This document shows, in pieces, positions 1 through 12,519 of a stretch of 64,000 nt of DNA. Origin of the DNA: Escherichia coli (GTDB lineage: Bacteria; Pseudomonadota; Gammaproteobacteria; Enterobacterales; Enterobacteriaceae); assembly GCF_003334385.1 (NCBI RefSeq), contig NZ_QOWN01000015.1. One strand, 5' to 3'. Numbering within the stretch: position 1 is the first letter of the stretch; every line of letters starts with the position of its first letter. The notes under the pieces were generated by a model, which was not told where the DNA came from, ran no database searches, and worked only from the letters and a program-made list of their open reading frames with translations. Both the position numbers and the translations under genes were made by a program.

Positions 1-734
1 ACCAGTTCTGGCACTATATCAGCAATGCTGTGCAGGGGGATTTTGGCCTGTCGATGGTGTCGCGTCGTCCGGTTGCCGATGAGATTGCCAGCCGCTTTAT
101 GCCAACGCTGTGGCTGACCATAACCAGTATGGTCTGGGCGGTTATATTTGGTATGGCGGCGGGAATTATCGCCGCCGTCTGGCGTAACCGTTGGCCGGAT
201 CGATTGAGTATGACCATTGCGGTGTCGGGGATCTCGTTTCCGGCATTTGCTCTGGGGATGCTTTTAATTCAGGTATTCTCCGTTGAACTGGGCTGGCTGC
301 CTACCGTGGGAGCAGACAGTTGGCAGCACTACATTTTACCCTCCCTGACGCTCGGCGCGGCAGTGGCCGCCGTGATGGCGCGCTTTACCCGCGCGTCGTT
401 TGTCGATGTTTTAAGCGAAGATTATATGCGTACCGCGAGGGCGAAAGGGGTGAGCGAAACCTGGGTTGTCCTCAAACACGGGCTACGTAACGCGATGATC
501 CCGGTAGTGACCATGATGGGCTTACAGTTTGGCTTTTTGCTCGGTGGTTCCATCGTTGTGGAGAAAGTTTTCAACTGGCCGGGACTTGGACGCTTACTCG
601 TTGACTCCGTAGAAATGCGTGATTACCCGGTGATTCAGGCGGAAATTCTGCTTTTCTCGCTGGAATTTATTCTTATCAACTTAGTGGTGGATGTGCTTTA
701 CGCCGCCATTAACCCGGCTATCAGGTACAAGTAA
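1..734 (+). CDS. gsiC: Glutathione ABC transporter permease GsiC, 5'-truncated by window edge
   Basis: Frame of ORF 30..734 is open back to position 3 with no stop; translation is DppB/OppB-like permease; followed 2 nt later by gsiD. Confidence 0.9.
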
Positions 735-736
735 GG

Positions 737-1648
737 ATGCGACTATTTAACTGGCGACGTCAGGCGGTGTTAAACGCCATGCCACTGGTCAAACCTGACC
801 AGGTACGTACACCGTGGCATGAATTCTGGCGACGATTTCGCCGTCAGCATATGGCGATGACCGCCGCATTATTCGTTATTTTATTGATTGTGGTGGCCAT
901 TTTTGCACGCTGGATCGCTCCCTATGACGCCGAAAATTATTTTGATTATGACAATCTGAATAACGGACCTTCTTTGCAGCACTGGTTTGGCGTCGATTCA
1001 CTGGGGCGTGACATTTTCAGCCGTGTCCTGGTTGGTGCGCAAATCTCGCTGGCGGCGGGCGTGTTTGCCGTGTTTATCGGTGCGGCGATCGGGACGTTGC
1101 TGGGCTTGCTCGCTGGATATTATGAAGGCTGGTGGGATCGGCTGATCATGCGCATTTGCGATGTGCTGTTTGCCTTCCCGGGTATTTTACTGGCGATCGC
1201 TGTTGTTGCGGTGTTGGGAAGCGGCATTGCTAACGTGATTATTGCAGTCGCCATTTTTTCCATCCCCGCGTTTGCCCGCCTGGTGCGCGGCAACACGCTG
1301 GTGTTGAAACAGCAAACCTTTATTGAGTCAGCACGCAGTATTGGTGCCAGCGATATGACCGTTTTGTTGCGTCATATCCTGCCTGGGACCGTCTCTTCTA
1401 TCGTGGTGTTTTTCACCATGCGCATTGGTACCTCGATTATCTCTGCCGCCAGCCTCTCATTTCTCGGCCTCGGTGCGCAGCCGCCGACACCAGAGTGGGG
1501 AGCAATGCTCAATGAGGCTCGAGCGGATATGGTTATCGCGCCGCATGTCGCTGTTTTTCCGGCCCTGGCTATTTTTCTGACCGTACTGGCGTTCAATTTG
1601 TTGGGCGATGGTTTACGCGATGCGCTGGATCCGAAAATTAAAGGATAG
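737..1648 (+). CDS. gsiD: Glutathione ABC transporter permease GsiD
   Basis: ORF track 303 aa, DppC-like permease; length matches GsiD. Confidence 0.93.
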
Positions 1649-1825
1649 TTACGTTTGAATATTGCTTGAAAGGGTAATCACCTCACAGGAAATTATTGCC
1701 CTAAGCAAGTGTTGTAACTTTCTGCTGATTTTGTAGAATCGGGTAATTTGGTTAAAAAGCCGCAGCAAGGGACAATTTTTGCAGCGGCACAGCGTTCAGA
1801 TAGTTATTTTGTTAAATGTATTAAC

Positions 1826-4174
1826 ATGCTGAGTTTATACGAAAAGATAAAGATAAGGCTGATAATTTTATTTTTATTGGCAGCACTGTCATTTATTGGT
1901 CTTTTTTTCATCATTAACTATCAACTGGTATCGGAGCGCGCGGTAAAACGTGCCGATAGCCGCTTTGAACTTATTCAGAAAAACGTTGGCTATTTCTTTA
2001 AAGATATTGAACGTTCGGCCCTGACATTAAAGGACTCACTGTATTTATTAAAAAATACAGAGGAGATTCAACGCGCCGTGATTCTTAAAATGGAAATGAT
2101 GCCATTTTTAGACTCGGTGGGACTGGTACTTGATGATAATAAATATTATCTTTTTTCGCGGAGGGCGAATGATAAAATCGTTGTTTATCATCAGGAACAA
2201 GTAAATGGACCGCTTGTCGACGAGTCAGGGCGGGTTATTTTTGCCGATTTTAACCCATCGAAACGACCGTGGTCGGTGGCTTCAGATGACTCTAACAACA
2301 GCTGGAATCCGGCATACAATTGCTTTGATCGTCCGGGTAAAAAATGTATCTCTTTTACGCTACACATCAACGGCAAAGATCACGATTTGTTAGCGGTGGA
2401 TAAAATTCATGTCGATTTAAACTGGCGATATCTGAACGAGTATCTTGATCAAATCAGCGCTAATGATGAAGTTCTATTTTTGAAACAAGGCCATGAGATC
2501 ATTGCCAAGAATCAACTCGCTCGTGAAAAACTGATTATTTATAATAGCGAAGGTAATTATAATATTATTGATTCTGTCGATACTGAATATATCGAAAAAA
2601 CATCAGCGGTGCCAAACAACGCATTATTCGAAATCTATTTTTATTATCCTGGCGGTAATTTATTGAACGCATCAGATAAACTTTTTTATCTGCCGTTTGC
2701 GTTCATTATTATCGTATTGCTGGTGGTTTATTTAATGACCACTCGTGTGTTCCGTCGGCAATTTTCTGAAATGACAGAGCTGGTTAATACGCTGGCGTTT
2801 TTGCCTGACTCAACGGATCAAATCGAGGCTCTGAAAATTCGTGAAGGCGATGCGAAAGAGATTATCAGCATCAAAAATTCGATCGCGGAAATGAAAGATG
2901 CCGAAATTGAACGGTCAAATAAATTGCTCTCACTGATCTCTTACGATCAGGAAAGTGGTTTTATTAAAAATATGGCGATTATTGAGTCTAACAATAATCA
3001 GTATCTGGCTGTGGGGATCATCAAACTGTGTGGTCTGGAAGCCGTGGAAGCGGTGTTTGGTGTTGATGAGCGCAATAAAATCGTCAGGAAATTGTCTCAG
3101 CGAATTGCCGAGAAATATGCGCAATGCTGCGATATCGTGACATTCAATGCCGATCTCTATTTACTTCTGTGTCGGGAAAATGTACAGACATTTACCCGTA
3201 AAATAGCGATGGTAAACGATTTTGACAGCAGCTTTGGCTACCGCAATCTGCGCATCCATAAGTCTGCCATTTGTGAACCTTTGCAGGGGGAAAACGCCTG
3301 GAGTTACGCAGAAAAACTGAAACTGGCGATTTCCAGTATCCGTGACCATATGTTCTCAGAGTTTATTTTCTGTGATGACGCGAAACTCAACGAAATAGAA
3401 GAGAATATCTGGATTGCGCGTAATATTCGCCATGCAATGGAAATTGGCGAACTATTCCTCGTCTATCAACCGATCGTTGATATTAACACCCGCGCCATTC
3501 TGGGCGCGGAGGCGTTGTGCCGTTGGGTGTCTGCGGAGCGGGGGATCATTTCACCGCTGAAGTTCATTACCATTGCTGAAGATATCGGGTTTATCAATGA
3601 GCTGGGTTATCAGATTATTAAAACGGCAATGGGTGAATTCAGACATTTTAGTCAGCGTGCGTCGCTGAAGGATGATTTCTTACTGCATATTAATGTTTCG
3701 CCCTGGCAGTTAAACGAACCACACTTTCATGAGCGTTTTACCACCATCATGAAAGAAAATGGCCTGAAGGCGAACAGCCTCTGTGTTGAGATCACTGAAA
3801 CCGTGATCGAGCGAATTAATGAACATTTTTATCTCAATATTGAACAACTGCGTAAACAAGGGGTACGGATATCGATTGATGACTTTGGCACCGGTTTGTC
3901 AAACCTGAAACGTTTTTATGAAATTAATCCAGACAGCATAAAGGTGGACTCGCAATTCACCGGCGATATTTTCGGTACTGCGGGAAAAATTGTGCGCATT
4001 ATTTTCGACCTGGCACGCTATAACCGGATCCCGGTGATTGCGGAAGGCGTAGAGAGCGAAGACGTTGCGCGCGAATTAATCAAATTAGGATGTGTTCAGG
4101 CTCAGGGGTATCTGTACCAGAAACCCATGCCATTCTCCGCCTGGGATAAAAGTGGAAAATTAGTAAAAGAGTAG
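1826..4174 (+). CDS. pdeI: c-di-GMP phosphodiesterase PdeI (YliE), EAL domain with N-terminal membrane/periplasmic region
   Basis: ORF 1748..4174 trimmed to ATG at 1826 (782 aa); C-terminal EAL domain with intact EAL motif (GAEALCRW). Confidence 0.88.
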   Translation: MLSLYEKIKIRLIILFLLAALSFIGLFFIINYQLVSERAVKRADSRFELIQKNVGYFFKDIERSALTLKDSLYLLKNTEEIQRAVILKMEMMPFLDSVGLVLDDNKYYLFSRRANDKIVVYHQEQVNGPLVDESGRVIFADFNPSKRPWSVASDDSNNSWNPAYNCFDRPGKKCISFTLHINGKDHDLLAVDKIHVDLNWRYLNEYLDQISANDEVLFLKQGHEIIAKNQLAREKLIIYNSEGNYNIIDSVDTEYIEKTSAVPNNALFEIYFYYPGGNLLNASDKLFYLPFAFIIIVLLVVYLMTTRVFRRQFSEMTELVNTLAFLPDSTDQIEALKIREGDAKEIISIKNSIAEMKDAEIERSNKLLSLISYDQESGFIKNMAIIESNNNQYLAVGIIKLCGLEAVEAVFGVDERNKIVRKLSQRIAEKYAQCCDIVTFNADLYLLLCRENVQTFTRKIAMVNDFDSSFGYRNLRIHKSAICEPLQGENAWSYAEKLKLAISSIRDHMFSEFIFCDDAKLNEIEENIWIARNIRHAMEIGELFLVYQPIVDINTRAILGAEALCRWVSAERGIISPLKFITIAEDIGFINELGYQIIKTAMGEFRHFSQRASLKDDFLLHINVSPWQLNEPHFHERFTTIMKENGLKANSLCVEITETVIERINEHFYLNIEQLRKQGVRISIDDFGTGLSNLKRFYEINPDSIKVDSQFTGDIFGTAGKIVRIIFDLARYNRIPVIAEGVESEDVARELIKLGCVQAQGYLYQKPMPFSAWDKSGKLVKE

Positions 4175-4181
4175 TTTACGT

Positions 4182-5510
4182 ATGTCCAGAATCAATAAGT
4201 TCGTACTTACAGTCAGTCTGCTGATTTTTATCATGATTTCAGCAGTTGCCTGCGGGATCTACACTCAAATGGTAAAGGAACGGGTGTATAGCCTGAAACA
4301 GTCCGTTATTGATACTGCTTTTGCGGTGGCAAATATTGCTGAATATCGGCGTAGCGTGGCAATTGATCTTATCAACACGCTAAATCCCACGGAGGAACAG
4401 CTGTTGGTTGGTTTGCGCACAGCTTACGCCGACTCGGTTTCCCCCTCTTATTTGTACGATGTCGGTCCTTATCTGATTTCCAGTGACGAATGTATTCAGG
4501 TAAAGGAGTTCGAGAAAAATTATTGTGCAGATATTATGCAGGTTGTGAAGTATCGACATGTCAAAAATACAGGGTTTATCTCTTTTGACGGTAAAACCTT
4601 CGTCTATTACCTCTATCCGGTAACTCACAATCGTAGTCTGATATTTTTGCTTGGTCTGGAGCGTTTTTCTTTACTGTCAAAATCGCTGGCGATGGACAGC
4701 GAGAACCTGATGTTCTCTCTATTTAAGAACGGTAAACCGGTGACCGGTGATGAATATAATGCTAAAAACGCCATCTTCACCGTTTCGGAAGCGATGGAGC
4801 ACTTCGCCTATTTGCCGACCGGATTGTATGTATTTGCGTATAAAAAAGATGTTTATTTGCGGGTTTGTACATTGATTATTTTCTTTGCCGCATTGGTGGC
4901 AGTGATATCGGGTGCCAGTTGCCTCTATCTGGTACGCAGAGTGATTAATCGTGGTATTGTGGAGAAAGAAGCCATCATTAATAACCATTTTGAACGCGTA
5001 CTGGATGGCGGGCTTTTCTTTTCGGCTGCCGATGTCAAAAAACTCTACAGTATGTATAACTCGGCGTTCCTGGACGACCTGACCAAAGCAATGGGCAGAA
5101 AATCCTTTGACGAAGATTTAAAAGCGCTGCCGGAAAAAGGCGGTTATTTGTGCCTGTTTGACGTCGATAAATTCAAAAACATTAACGACACCTTCGGTCA
5201 TTTGCTGGGCGATGAAGTGTTGATGAAAGTGGTGAAAATCCTTAAATCACAGATCCCGGTAGATAAAGGTAAAGTCTACCGCTTCGGCGGTGACGAATTT
5301 GCGGTGATTTATACGGGTGGAACGCTGGAAGAGTTGCTATCGATTCTAAAAGAAATCGTTCATTTCCAGGTGGGAAGCATTAATTTAAGTACCAGTATCG
5401 GTGTAGCACATTCAAATGAATGTCCTACCGTCGAACGCTTGAAAATGCTGGCGGATGAGCGGCTGTATAAGAGTAAGAAAAACGGCAGGGCACAGATTAG
5501 CTGGCAGTAA
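4182..5510 (+). CDS. dgcI: Diguanylate cyclase DgcI (YliF), GGDEF domain
   Basis: ORF 442 aa; canonical GGDEF motif (RFGGDEF); starts 8 nt after pdeI stop. Confidence 0.92.
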   Translation: MSRINKFVLTVSLLIFIMISAVACGIYTQMVKERVYSLKQSVIDTAFAVANIAEYRRSVAIDLINTLNPTEEQLLVGLRTAYADSVSPSYLYDVGPYLISSDECIQVKEFEKNYCADIMQVVKYRHVKNTGFISFDGKTFVYYLYPVTHNRSLIFLLGLERFSLLSKSLAMDSENLMFSLFKNGKPVTGDEYNAKNAIFTVSEAMEHFAYLPTGLYVFAYKKDVYLRVCTLIIFFAALVAVISGASCLYLVRRVINRGIVEKEAIINNHFERVLDGGLFFSAADVKKLYSMYNSAFLDDLTKAMGRKSFDEDLKALPEKGGYLCLFDVDKFKNINDTFGHLLGDEVLMKVVKILKSQIPVDKGKVYRFGGDEFAVIYTGGTLEELLSILKEIVHFQVGSINLSTSIGVAHSNECPTVERLKMLADERLYKSKKNGRAQISWQ

Positions 5511-5556
5511 TCATTATTCGCAGGCCGGACAAATGATTTTGCCCGGCCTGAATTAA

Positions 5557-6882
5557 TTAAACCCGGCTACCCCACAAATCGTACTCATCGGCGTGCTCGA
5601 CTTTCACACGCAGGATATCACCCGGCTTAACGTTGGTTTCACCATTGAGATAAACCGCGCCGTCGATTTCCGGTGCATCTGCCATGCTGCGACCAATCGC
5701 GCCTTCTTCGTCCACTTCGTCGATAATCACCAGAATTTCACGGCCCACTTTCTCTTGCAGGCGCTCGGCGGAAATCTGCTGCTGCAGCTGCATGAAACGG
5801 TTCCAGCGTTCTTCTTTAACTTCTTCCGGAACCTGGTCAGGCAGGGCATTGGCGTCTGCACCTTCAACCGGGCTGTATTTAAAGCAGCCAACGCGATCCA
5901 GACGCGCTTCTTTCAGGAAGTCGAGTAGCATCTGGAAATCTTCTTCTGTCTCGCCAGGGAAGCCGACAATAAAGGTTGAGCGTAGGGTCAGTTCCGGGCA
6001 GATTTCGCGCCACTGTTTGATGCGCGCCAGTTGGCGATCTACAGAACCCGGACGCTTCATCAGTTTGAGAATGCGCGGGCTGGCGTGCTGCAACGGAATG
6101 TCCAGATACGGCAGGATTTTGCCTTCTGCCATCAGTGGGATGACGTCGTCCACATGCGGATAAGGGTAAACGTAGTGCAGACGTGTCCAGATCCCCAGTT
6201 TCGATAACTGTTCGCACAGGCTGACCATGCTGGTTTTTACCGGCTCGCCGTTGTGGAAGCCAGTACGATGTTTAACATCAACGCCATAGGCGGAAGTATC
6301 CTGCGAGATCACCAGAATCTCTTTAACGCCCGCATCTACCAGACGTTTCGCTTCACTTAACACTTCGCCAATCGGACGGCTCACCAGGTCGCCGCGCATA
6401 GACGGAATAATGCAGAAGGTGCAGCGGTGATTACAGCCTTCAGAAATTTTCAGATAGGCATAATGACGCGGCGTCAGTTTCACACCTTGTTCTGGCACCA
6501 GGCTCAGGAATGGGTTGTGTTTCGGTTTTGGCACGTAGTGATGAACGTGCTCCAGAACCTGCTCATAGCTATGAGGCCCGGTGATTTCCAGCACTTTCGG
6601 GTGGACTTCGCGGATCTGATCTTCTTTTGCCCCCAGACAACCGGTCACAATAACCTTGCCGTTTTCATTCAACGCTTCACCAATGGCTTCCAGTGATTCT
6701 TGTACCGCGCTGTCAATAAAGCCGCAGGTGTTGACGATCACCATGTCCGCATCGTCATAGCTCGGTACCACGTCATAACCTTCAGTGCGGAGTTCGGTGA
6801 GAATACGCTCTGAATCAACAAGGTTTTTCGGACAGCCAAGGGAAACAAAGCCGATTTTCGGCTGGGGAGTTACTTTGCTCAT
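5557..6882 (-). CDS. rimO: Ribosomal protein S12 methylthiotransferase RimO
   Basis: ORF 441 aa; radical-SAM CxxxCxxC motif (CNHRCTFC), MiaB-like. Confidence 0.95.
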
Positions 6883-7094
6883 AGCTTAAAAAATATTCAG
6901 TTACAGGAAAGGTCAGGGCAGGGATTCTACAGAGTTCTGGATAAAATTTGTATCGCAATCTCATTCGCTGGCGGAGGCGAAGGAAATGTAAATTTTGTTA
7001 ATTCGGCGTGAAGAATTGATCCTGGACAGCATTTTGCTCAAAAAATAGCCATACTATTTAATTGCAACAAGGCAGGGAAGAGGAGGATCGAAGT

Positions 7095-7478
7095 ATGTTC
7101 GTTGACAGACAGCGAATCGATCTGCTGAACCGGTTGATCGACGCACGCGTTGACCTCGCCGCATACGTGCAACTGAGGAAGGCAAAAGGATACATGTCCG
7201 TCAGCGAAAGCAATCATCTACGAGATAACTTTTTTAAACTGAATCGCGAACTGCACGATAAATCGCTGCGGTTGAATCTTCATCTGGATCAGGAAGAGTG
7301 GAGTGCTCTTCATCATGCTGAAGAAGCATTAGCGACAGCCGCAGTATGTTTGATGAGTGGGCACCATGATTGCCCGACTGTTATTACCGTCAACGCCGAT
7401 AAGCTTGAAAATTGTCTGATGAGCTTAACGCTGAGTATCCAGAGCCTGCAGAAGCACGCCATGCTTGAGAAGGCCTGA
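7095..7478 (+). CDS. bssR: Biofilm regulator BssR
   Basis: ORF 7062..7478 trimmed to ATG 7095 (127 aa); AGGAGG RBS at 7081-7086. Confidence 0.9.
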   Translation: MFVDRQRIDLLNRLIDARVDLAAYVQLRKAKGYMSVSESNHLRDNFFKLNRELHDKSLRLNLHLDQEEWSALHHAEEALATAAVCLMSGHHDCPTVITVNADKLENCLMSLTLSIQSLQKHAMLEKA

Positions 7479-7485
7479 AAACTAA

Positions 7486-7525
7486 GGGGGAGAAAGCGTC
7501 TCCCCCTTCATGTTTAAGTTTTTGT
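7486..7525 (+). terminator. Rho-independent terminator downstream of bssR
   Basis: Perfect 8-bp stem GGGGGAGA/TCTCCCCC with 5-nt loop followed by T-rich tract. Confidence 0.8.
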
Positions 7526-7588
7526 AAAAATGAATTTGTTATCTCCTCCACTGACTACGCTTTAAGCCAGAGTCAATCCGGAGGCGTT

Positions 7589-8704
7589 ATGCATCGACAA
7601 TCCTTTTTCCTTGTGCCCCTTATTTGTCTTTCTTCCGCTCTCTGGGCGGCTCCTGCAACGGTAAATGTCGAAGTACTGCAAGACAAACTCGACCATCCCT
7701 GGGCACTGGCCTTTTTACCCGATAATCACGGTATGTTAATCACTCTGCGCGGCGGCGAGTTGCGTCACTGGCAAGCAGGAAAAGGATTATCTGCGCCGCT
7801 TTCCGGAGTTCCGGACGTTTGGGCGCACGGGCAGGGCGGCCTGCTGGACGTGGTTTTAGCGCCTGATTTTGCTCAGTCTCGCCGCATCTGGTTAAGTTAT
7901 TCCGAAGTTGGCGATGATGGCAAAGCCGGAACTGCTGTGGGTTATGGCCGCTTAAGTGATGATCTCTCAAAAGTGACCGACTTCCGCACCGTCTTTCGCC
8001 AGATGCCAAAACTGTCTACCGGCAACCATTTTGGCGGGCGGCTGGTATTCGACGGTAAAGGTTATCTTTTTATTGCTCTGGGCGAAAACAATCAGCGCCC
8101 GACGGCGCAGGATCTGGATAAATTACAGGGCAAACTGGTGCGTCTGACCGACCAGGGCGAAATCCCGGATGATAATCCTTTTATAAAGGAATCCGGTGCG
8201 CGCGCCGAGATCTGGTCTTATGGCATTCGTAATCCGCAAGGAATGGCGATGAATCCGTGGAGTAATGCACTGTGGCTGAATGAACATGGCCCGCGCGGTG
8301 GTGATGAAATTAATATCCCGCAAAAAGGCAAAAACTACGGCTGGCCGCTGGCAACCTGGGGAATCAACTATTCAGGCTTTAAGATACCGGAAGCGAAAGG
8401 GGAGATCGTCGCCGGGACCGAGCAACCTGTTTTTTACTGGAAAGATTCGCCCGCTGTGAGCGGCATGGCCTTCTATAACAGCGATAAATTCCCCCAGTGG
8501 CAGCAAAAATTATTTATTGGCGCGCTGAAAGATAAAGATGTCATTGTGATGAGCGTCAACGGCGACAAAGTGACAGAAGATGGCCGTATTTTAACGGACA
8601 GAGGGCAGCGAATTCGTGATGTTCGCACTGGACCCGACGGTTATTTATACGTTCTCACCGACGAGTCCAGTGGGGAATTACTTAAAGTTAGCCCACGCAA
8701 TTAG
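7589..8704 (+). CDS. yliI: Soluble aldose sugar dehydrogenase YliI (PQQ-dependent beta-propeller)
   Basis: ORF 371 aa with N-terminal signal peptide; length matches YliI. Confidence 0.9.
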
Positions 8705-9327
8705 CTAACGGGAATCATCACCACTTTGCGCACTGCGGGGCGTTCAGTGAGTTGCTGATACCAGCGTTGCAGATTTGGACGCGGTGTCCAGGTCAGGCCA
8801 ACGTTAAACAAATTGTAGATGAACGGTGCGATAGCGATATCGCCCACACCAAACTCGTCGCCAGAGAACCATTTTACTTTTGCCAGTTCCGCATCGAGCA
8901 GGGCAAACAGGGCGTCGCACTCTTTGCAACTGGCATCAATGGCGGCCTGATCGCGCTCTTCCGGTGGTGTTCTGACTAATCCCATCAGGATCCCGCGATG
9001 AGCATTACTGAGCGTCTGGTTTGCCCAGTCCATCCATTTTTCCGCTTCCGCACGACGTGCCGGTGAGTCGATCCACAGGCGTTTTTGCCCGTACTGTGCC
9101 GCCAGATAGCGGACAATGGCGTTTGATTCCCAAAGAATGAGATCACTTTCGTCGTCACGCAACAACGGCACCAGCCCGTTAGGGTTCATCGCCAGAAAAT
9201 CAGCATCGTGATTTATCCCAAACTCACGGCCCGCGAGAATTTGCTCATAAGGTAGTTCCAGTTCTTCGAGCGTCAGCAATACTTTTTTTACGTTAGTTGA
9301 ATTATTCCGACCCCACAGCGTAATCAT
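8701..9327 (-). CDS. gstB: Glutathione S-transferase GstB
   Basis: ORF 8701..9333 trimmed to ATG (208 aa); GST fold; stop overlaps yliI stop. Confidence 0.9.
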
Positions 9328-9573
9328 ACTCACCCCTTTTCCGACAGGCAGCCACAGGCTGAACAGGACTCCGATGGTGAAGTAAAGTTAACTTTTAAGC
9401 AACAGCTGGCAAAAAAATGACACCAGAAGCAGCGAAGCGGCAGGATATTGCATAAACTTTAAAAACTTTACCAACTTACGGTTTCTTTAAGTTTGTGTGT
9501 GCGTTATTAATCACCAAACTTATCATACGGCGATATAACGTATTTTTTTTGAATGGATACTCGGGTGGCATTT

Positions 9574-10776
9574 ATGACGCAATACTCCTCTCTCCTTCGT
9601 GGTCTTGCAGCGGGTTCTGCATTTTTATTCCTTTTTGCCCCAACGGCATTCGCGGCGGAACAAACCGTTGAAGCGCCGAGCGTGGATGCGCGTGCATGGA
9701 TTTTAATGGATTACGCCAGCGGTAAAGTGCTGGCAGAAGGCAATGCGGATGAGAAACTGGATCCCGCGAGCCTGACTAAAATCATGACCAGCTATGTGGT
9801 TGGGCAGGCGCTTAAGGCCGATAAGATTAAACTCACCGATATGGTGACGGTCGGTAAAGATGCCTGGGCGACGGGAAATCCGGCACTGCGTGGTTCATCG
9901 GTAATGTTCCTCAAACCGGGCGATCAGGTTTCGGTGGCAGACTTGAACAAAGGTGTGATTATCCAGTCCGGTAATGACGCCTGTATTGCGCTGGCTGATT
10001 ACGTTGCCGGGAGCCAGGAGTCATTTATTGGTCTGATGAATGGTTATGCCAAAAAACTGGGTCTGACCAACACTACCTTCCAGACGGTGCACGGCCTGGA
10101 TGCGCCGGGGCAGTTCAGCACCGCGCGCGATATGGCATTGCTGGGTAAAGCATTGATCCACGATGTGCCGGAAGAGTACGCCATTCATAAAGAGAAAGAG
10201 TTCACCTTCAACAAAATTCGTCAGCCTAACCGTAACCGTCTGCTGTGGAGCAGCAATCTGAATGTTGATGGCATGAAGACAGGAACCACGGCAGGCGCGG
10301 GATATAATCTGGTTGCTTCGGCTACCCAGGGCGATATGCGTTTAATCTCCGTAGTGTTGGGGGCGAAAACCGACCGTATCCGTTTTAATGAGTCTGAGAA
10401 ATTATTGACCTGGGGTTTCCGCTTCTTTGAAACCGTGACGCCAATTAAACCTGATGCCACCTTTGTGACTCAGCGCGTCTGGTTTGGTGATAAGAGCGAA
10501 GTGAATCTCGGGGCAGGTGAAGCGGGCTCAGTGACCATACCGCGTGGGCAGCTGAAAAACCTGAAAGCGAGTTATACGTTAACGGAACCGCAGCTTACCG
10601 CACCGCTGAAAAAAGGTCAGGTTGTCGGGACCATTGATTTCCAGCTTAACGGTAAATCCATTGAGCAGCGTCCGCTGATCGTGATGGAAAATGTGGAAGA
10701 GGGCGGATTCTTTGGTCGGGTGTGGGATTTCGTGATGATGAAATTCCATCAGTGGTTCGGCAGCTGGTTCTCTTAA
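9574..10776 (+). CDS. dacC: D-alanyl-D-alanine carboxypeptidase DacC (PBP6)
   Basis: ORF 9553..10776 trimmed to ATG 9574 (400 aa); signal peptide, SxxK motif (SLTK). Confidence 0.92.
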   Translation: MTQYSSLLRGLAAGSAFLFLFAPTAFAAEQTVEAPSVDARAWILMDYASGKVLAEGNADEKLDPASLTKIMTSYVVGQALKADKIKLTDMVTVGKDAWATGNPALRGSSVMFLKPGDQVSVADLNKGVIIQSGNDACIALADYVAGSQESFIGLMNGYAKKLGLTNTTFQTVHGLDAPGQFSTARDMALLGKALIHDVPEEYAIHKEKEFTFNKIRQPNRNRLLWSSNLNVDGMKTGTTAGAGYNLVASATQGDMRLISVVLGAKTDRIRFNESEKLLTWGFRFFETVTPIKPDATFVTQRVWFGDKSEVNLGAGEAGSVTIPRGQLKNLKASYTLTEPQLTAPLKKGQVVGTIDFQLNGKSIEQRPLIVMENVEEGGFFGRVWDFVMMKFHQWFGSWFS

Positions 10777-10822
10777 TCTTCTGATAACCGGATGGCGCGA
10801 AACGTCATCCGGTTATACGTCA

Positions 10823-11581
10823 TTAATACATCAACTTAATGCGCTGCGTCTGCGCGTACTTCACATACTCATCTTCCGGGCAACAATCGCTCACCACAAT
10901 ATCAAAGCGTTTCAGGTCACCCATGCGCGCCGGACGCACCTTGCCAAATTTACTGTGGTCGACAACCAGCACATGCTTTTGCGCCATCGACATGGCCCAG
11001 TGTTTTACCGGCAACTCTTCAAGATTAAAACAGGTAGCGCCTTTACTGACATGCACGCCCGCCGCAGAATAAAAAGCGATATCCGGGCAAAAATTATTCA
11101 GCGTTTGCTGAAAATCGATGGGTTTGAAAATGGCGTTGCTGGCGTGAAATTCACCACCGCAAAGAAACGCGCGGCAATGGGGTTTCTCTTTCAGCGCCAG
11201 AAAGGTATTTAGCGAATAACAAACGGCGGTAAAAGGGATTTCATTATCAATCGCTTCAATAATCCACGGCGTGGTGGTGCCACAGTCAAAAAAGAGGGTC
11301 TGATCGGGTTCTACCAGCGTCGCAGCCAGTTTTGCCGCCCGGCGTTTTTCTTCCACCAGGCGGGATTTTTGATCGCTTAACAGGTAATGGCTGGCACTGC
11401 GCGGTTCCAGAACAATATAGCCGCCGAGCAAAACGACGGGCGCACTGTGGTTGTTCAGATCGCGACGAATCGTCATCTCCGAAACCCCAAGCAGGGCGGC
11501 GGCGTCTTTAAGATGTAACTTATCGCTGCGTTTTAATTCTTGCAGCAGCTGCCCGATACGCTCTTCGCGACGTGTTTCCAT
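10823..11581 (-). CDS. deoR: Deoxyribose operon repressor DeoR
   Basis: ORF 252 aa; DeoR-family N-terminal HTH. Confidence 0.93.
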   Translation of the reverse strand: METRREERIGQLLQELKRSDKLHLKDAAALLGVSEMTIRRDLNNHSAPVVLLGGYIVLEPRSASHYLLSDQKSRLVEEKRRAAKLAATLVEPDQTLFFDCGTTTPWIIEAIDNEIPFTAVCYSLNTFLALKEKPHCRAFLCGGEFHASNAIFKPIDFQQTLNNFCPDIAFYSAAGVHVSKGATCFNLEELPVKHWAMSMAQKHVLVVDHSKFGKVRPARMGDLKRFDIVVSDCCPEDEYVKYAQTQRIKLMY

Positions 11582-11638
11582 AATCCCTCTGAATAGTTAT
11601 TGAAGCGAGCCGCTCAATACTACACTTTTTAGCAGAGA

Positions 11639-12235
11639 TCAGTCACGCACCCAGCCTTTGCGGATCGGTAATGCAAAACAGACGCGATACCACGATTGCA
11701 GACGTTGATAGAGTTTATGCCCCATCGCTTGCCAGATAATCTGGGCACTAAGGCAGCCAATCATACCTGCCAGCAATCCACCGAGCATATCCAGCGGCCA
11801 GTGGACGCCAAGATAAACGCGCGACCAGGCAATGACGACGGCCAGCACCATTAAAAGTGAGCCGGACCACAGGCGATGCCAGCATAAAAATGCCAGTGCA
11901 AAGGTGAAAATCACCGTACCGTGATCGCTTGGGAATGAGTCATCCGCCGCATGATGCAGGAAGTTATAGCCGATATTTTCGACAAAGGGTCGGTCGTGCG
12001 GAAAAAGATGTCCCATCGTCCAGGACACAAACAGGCTGACCGCCAGCGCGATAGCGATTTTTATCACCAGTTGCCGTTGTGCTGTAAGCCCCCACAACCA
12101 AAGTACCACGGCCAGCAACGGCACCACGGTAATCAAATCTTTAGCAATAAAAATCGCCAACGAGATCATCCACGGAGCCGAGTCTGGCGTCGCGTTAATA
12201 AGAGAGAATAGAGAGAGATTCAAATTTTCCAGCAT
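11639..12235 (-). CDS. ybjG: Undecaprenyl-diphosphate phosphatase YbjG (PAP2 family)
   Basis: ORF 11639..12250 trimmed to ATG (198 aa); PAP2 membrane phosphatase. Confidence 0.88.
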   Translation of the reverse strand: MLENLNLSLFSLINATPDSAPWMISLAIFIAKDLITVVPLLAVVLWLWGLTAQRQLVIKIAIALAVSLFVSWTMGHLFPHDRPFVENIGYNFLHHAADDSFPSDHGTVIFTFALAFLCWHRLWSGSLLMVLAVVIAWSRVYLGVHWPLDMLGGLLAGMIGCLSAQIIWQAMGHKLYQRLQSWYRVCFALPIRKGWVRD

Positions 12236-12519
12236 AACTTCCCGACGCAAAGTGATTAAAAGGGAGCCAATACAGGCAAGTCGTTGAGAATAAAGTGCAG
12301 GTTAAACTGGGTAAAGCGGCATCGTCTTATTTCCCTCAAGCGGCCTGTTTACGGTGGGTGATTGTAACGGGCATAGGTTAAATAAAACTTAAAGAAAGCG
12401 TAGCTATACTCGTAATAATGTAAGAATGTGCTTAACCGTGGTTTCAGCTACAAAATTCGCTTTCTCGTTAGCTGCGCTTTTATTAAACTCTGCGCGATTA
12501 TTATTGGCGAAGAAATTGC

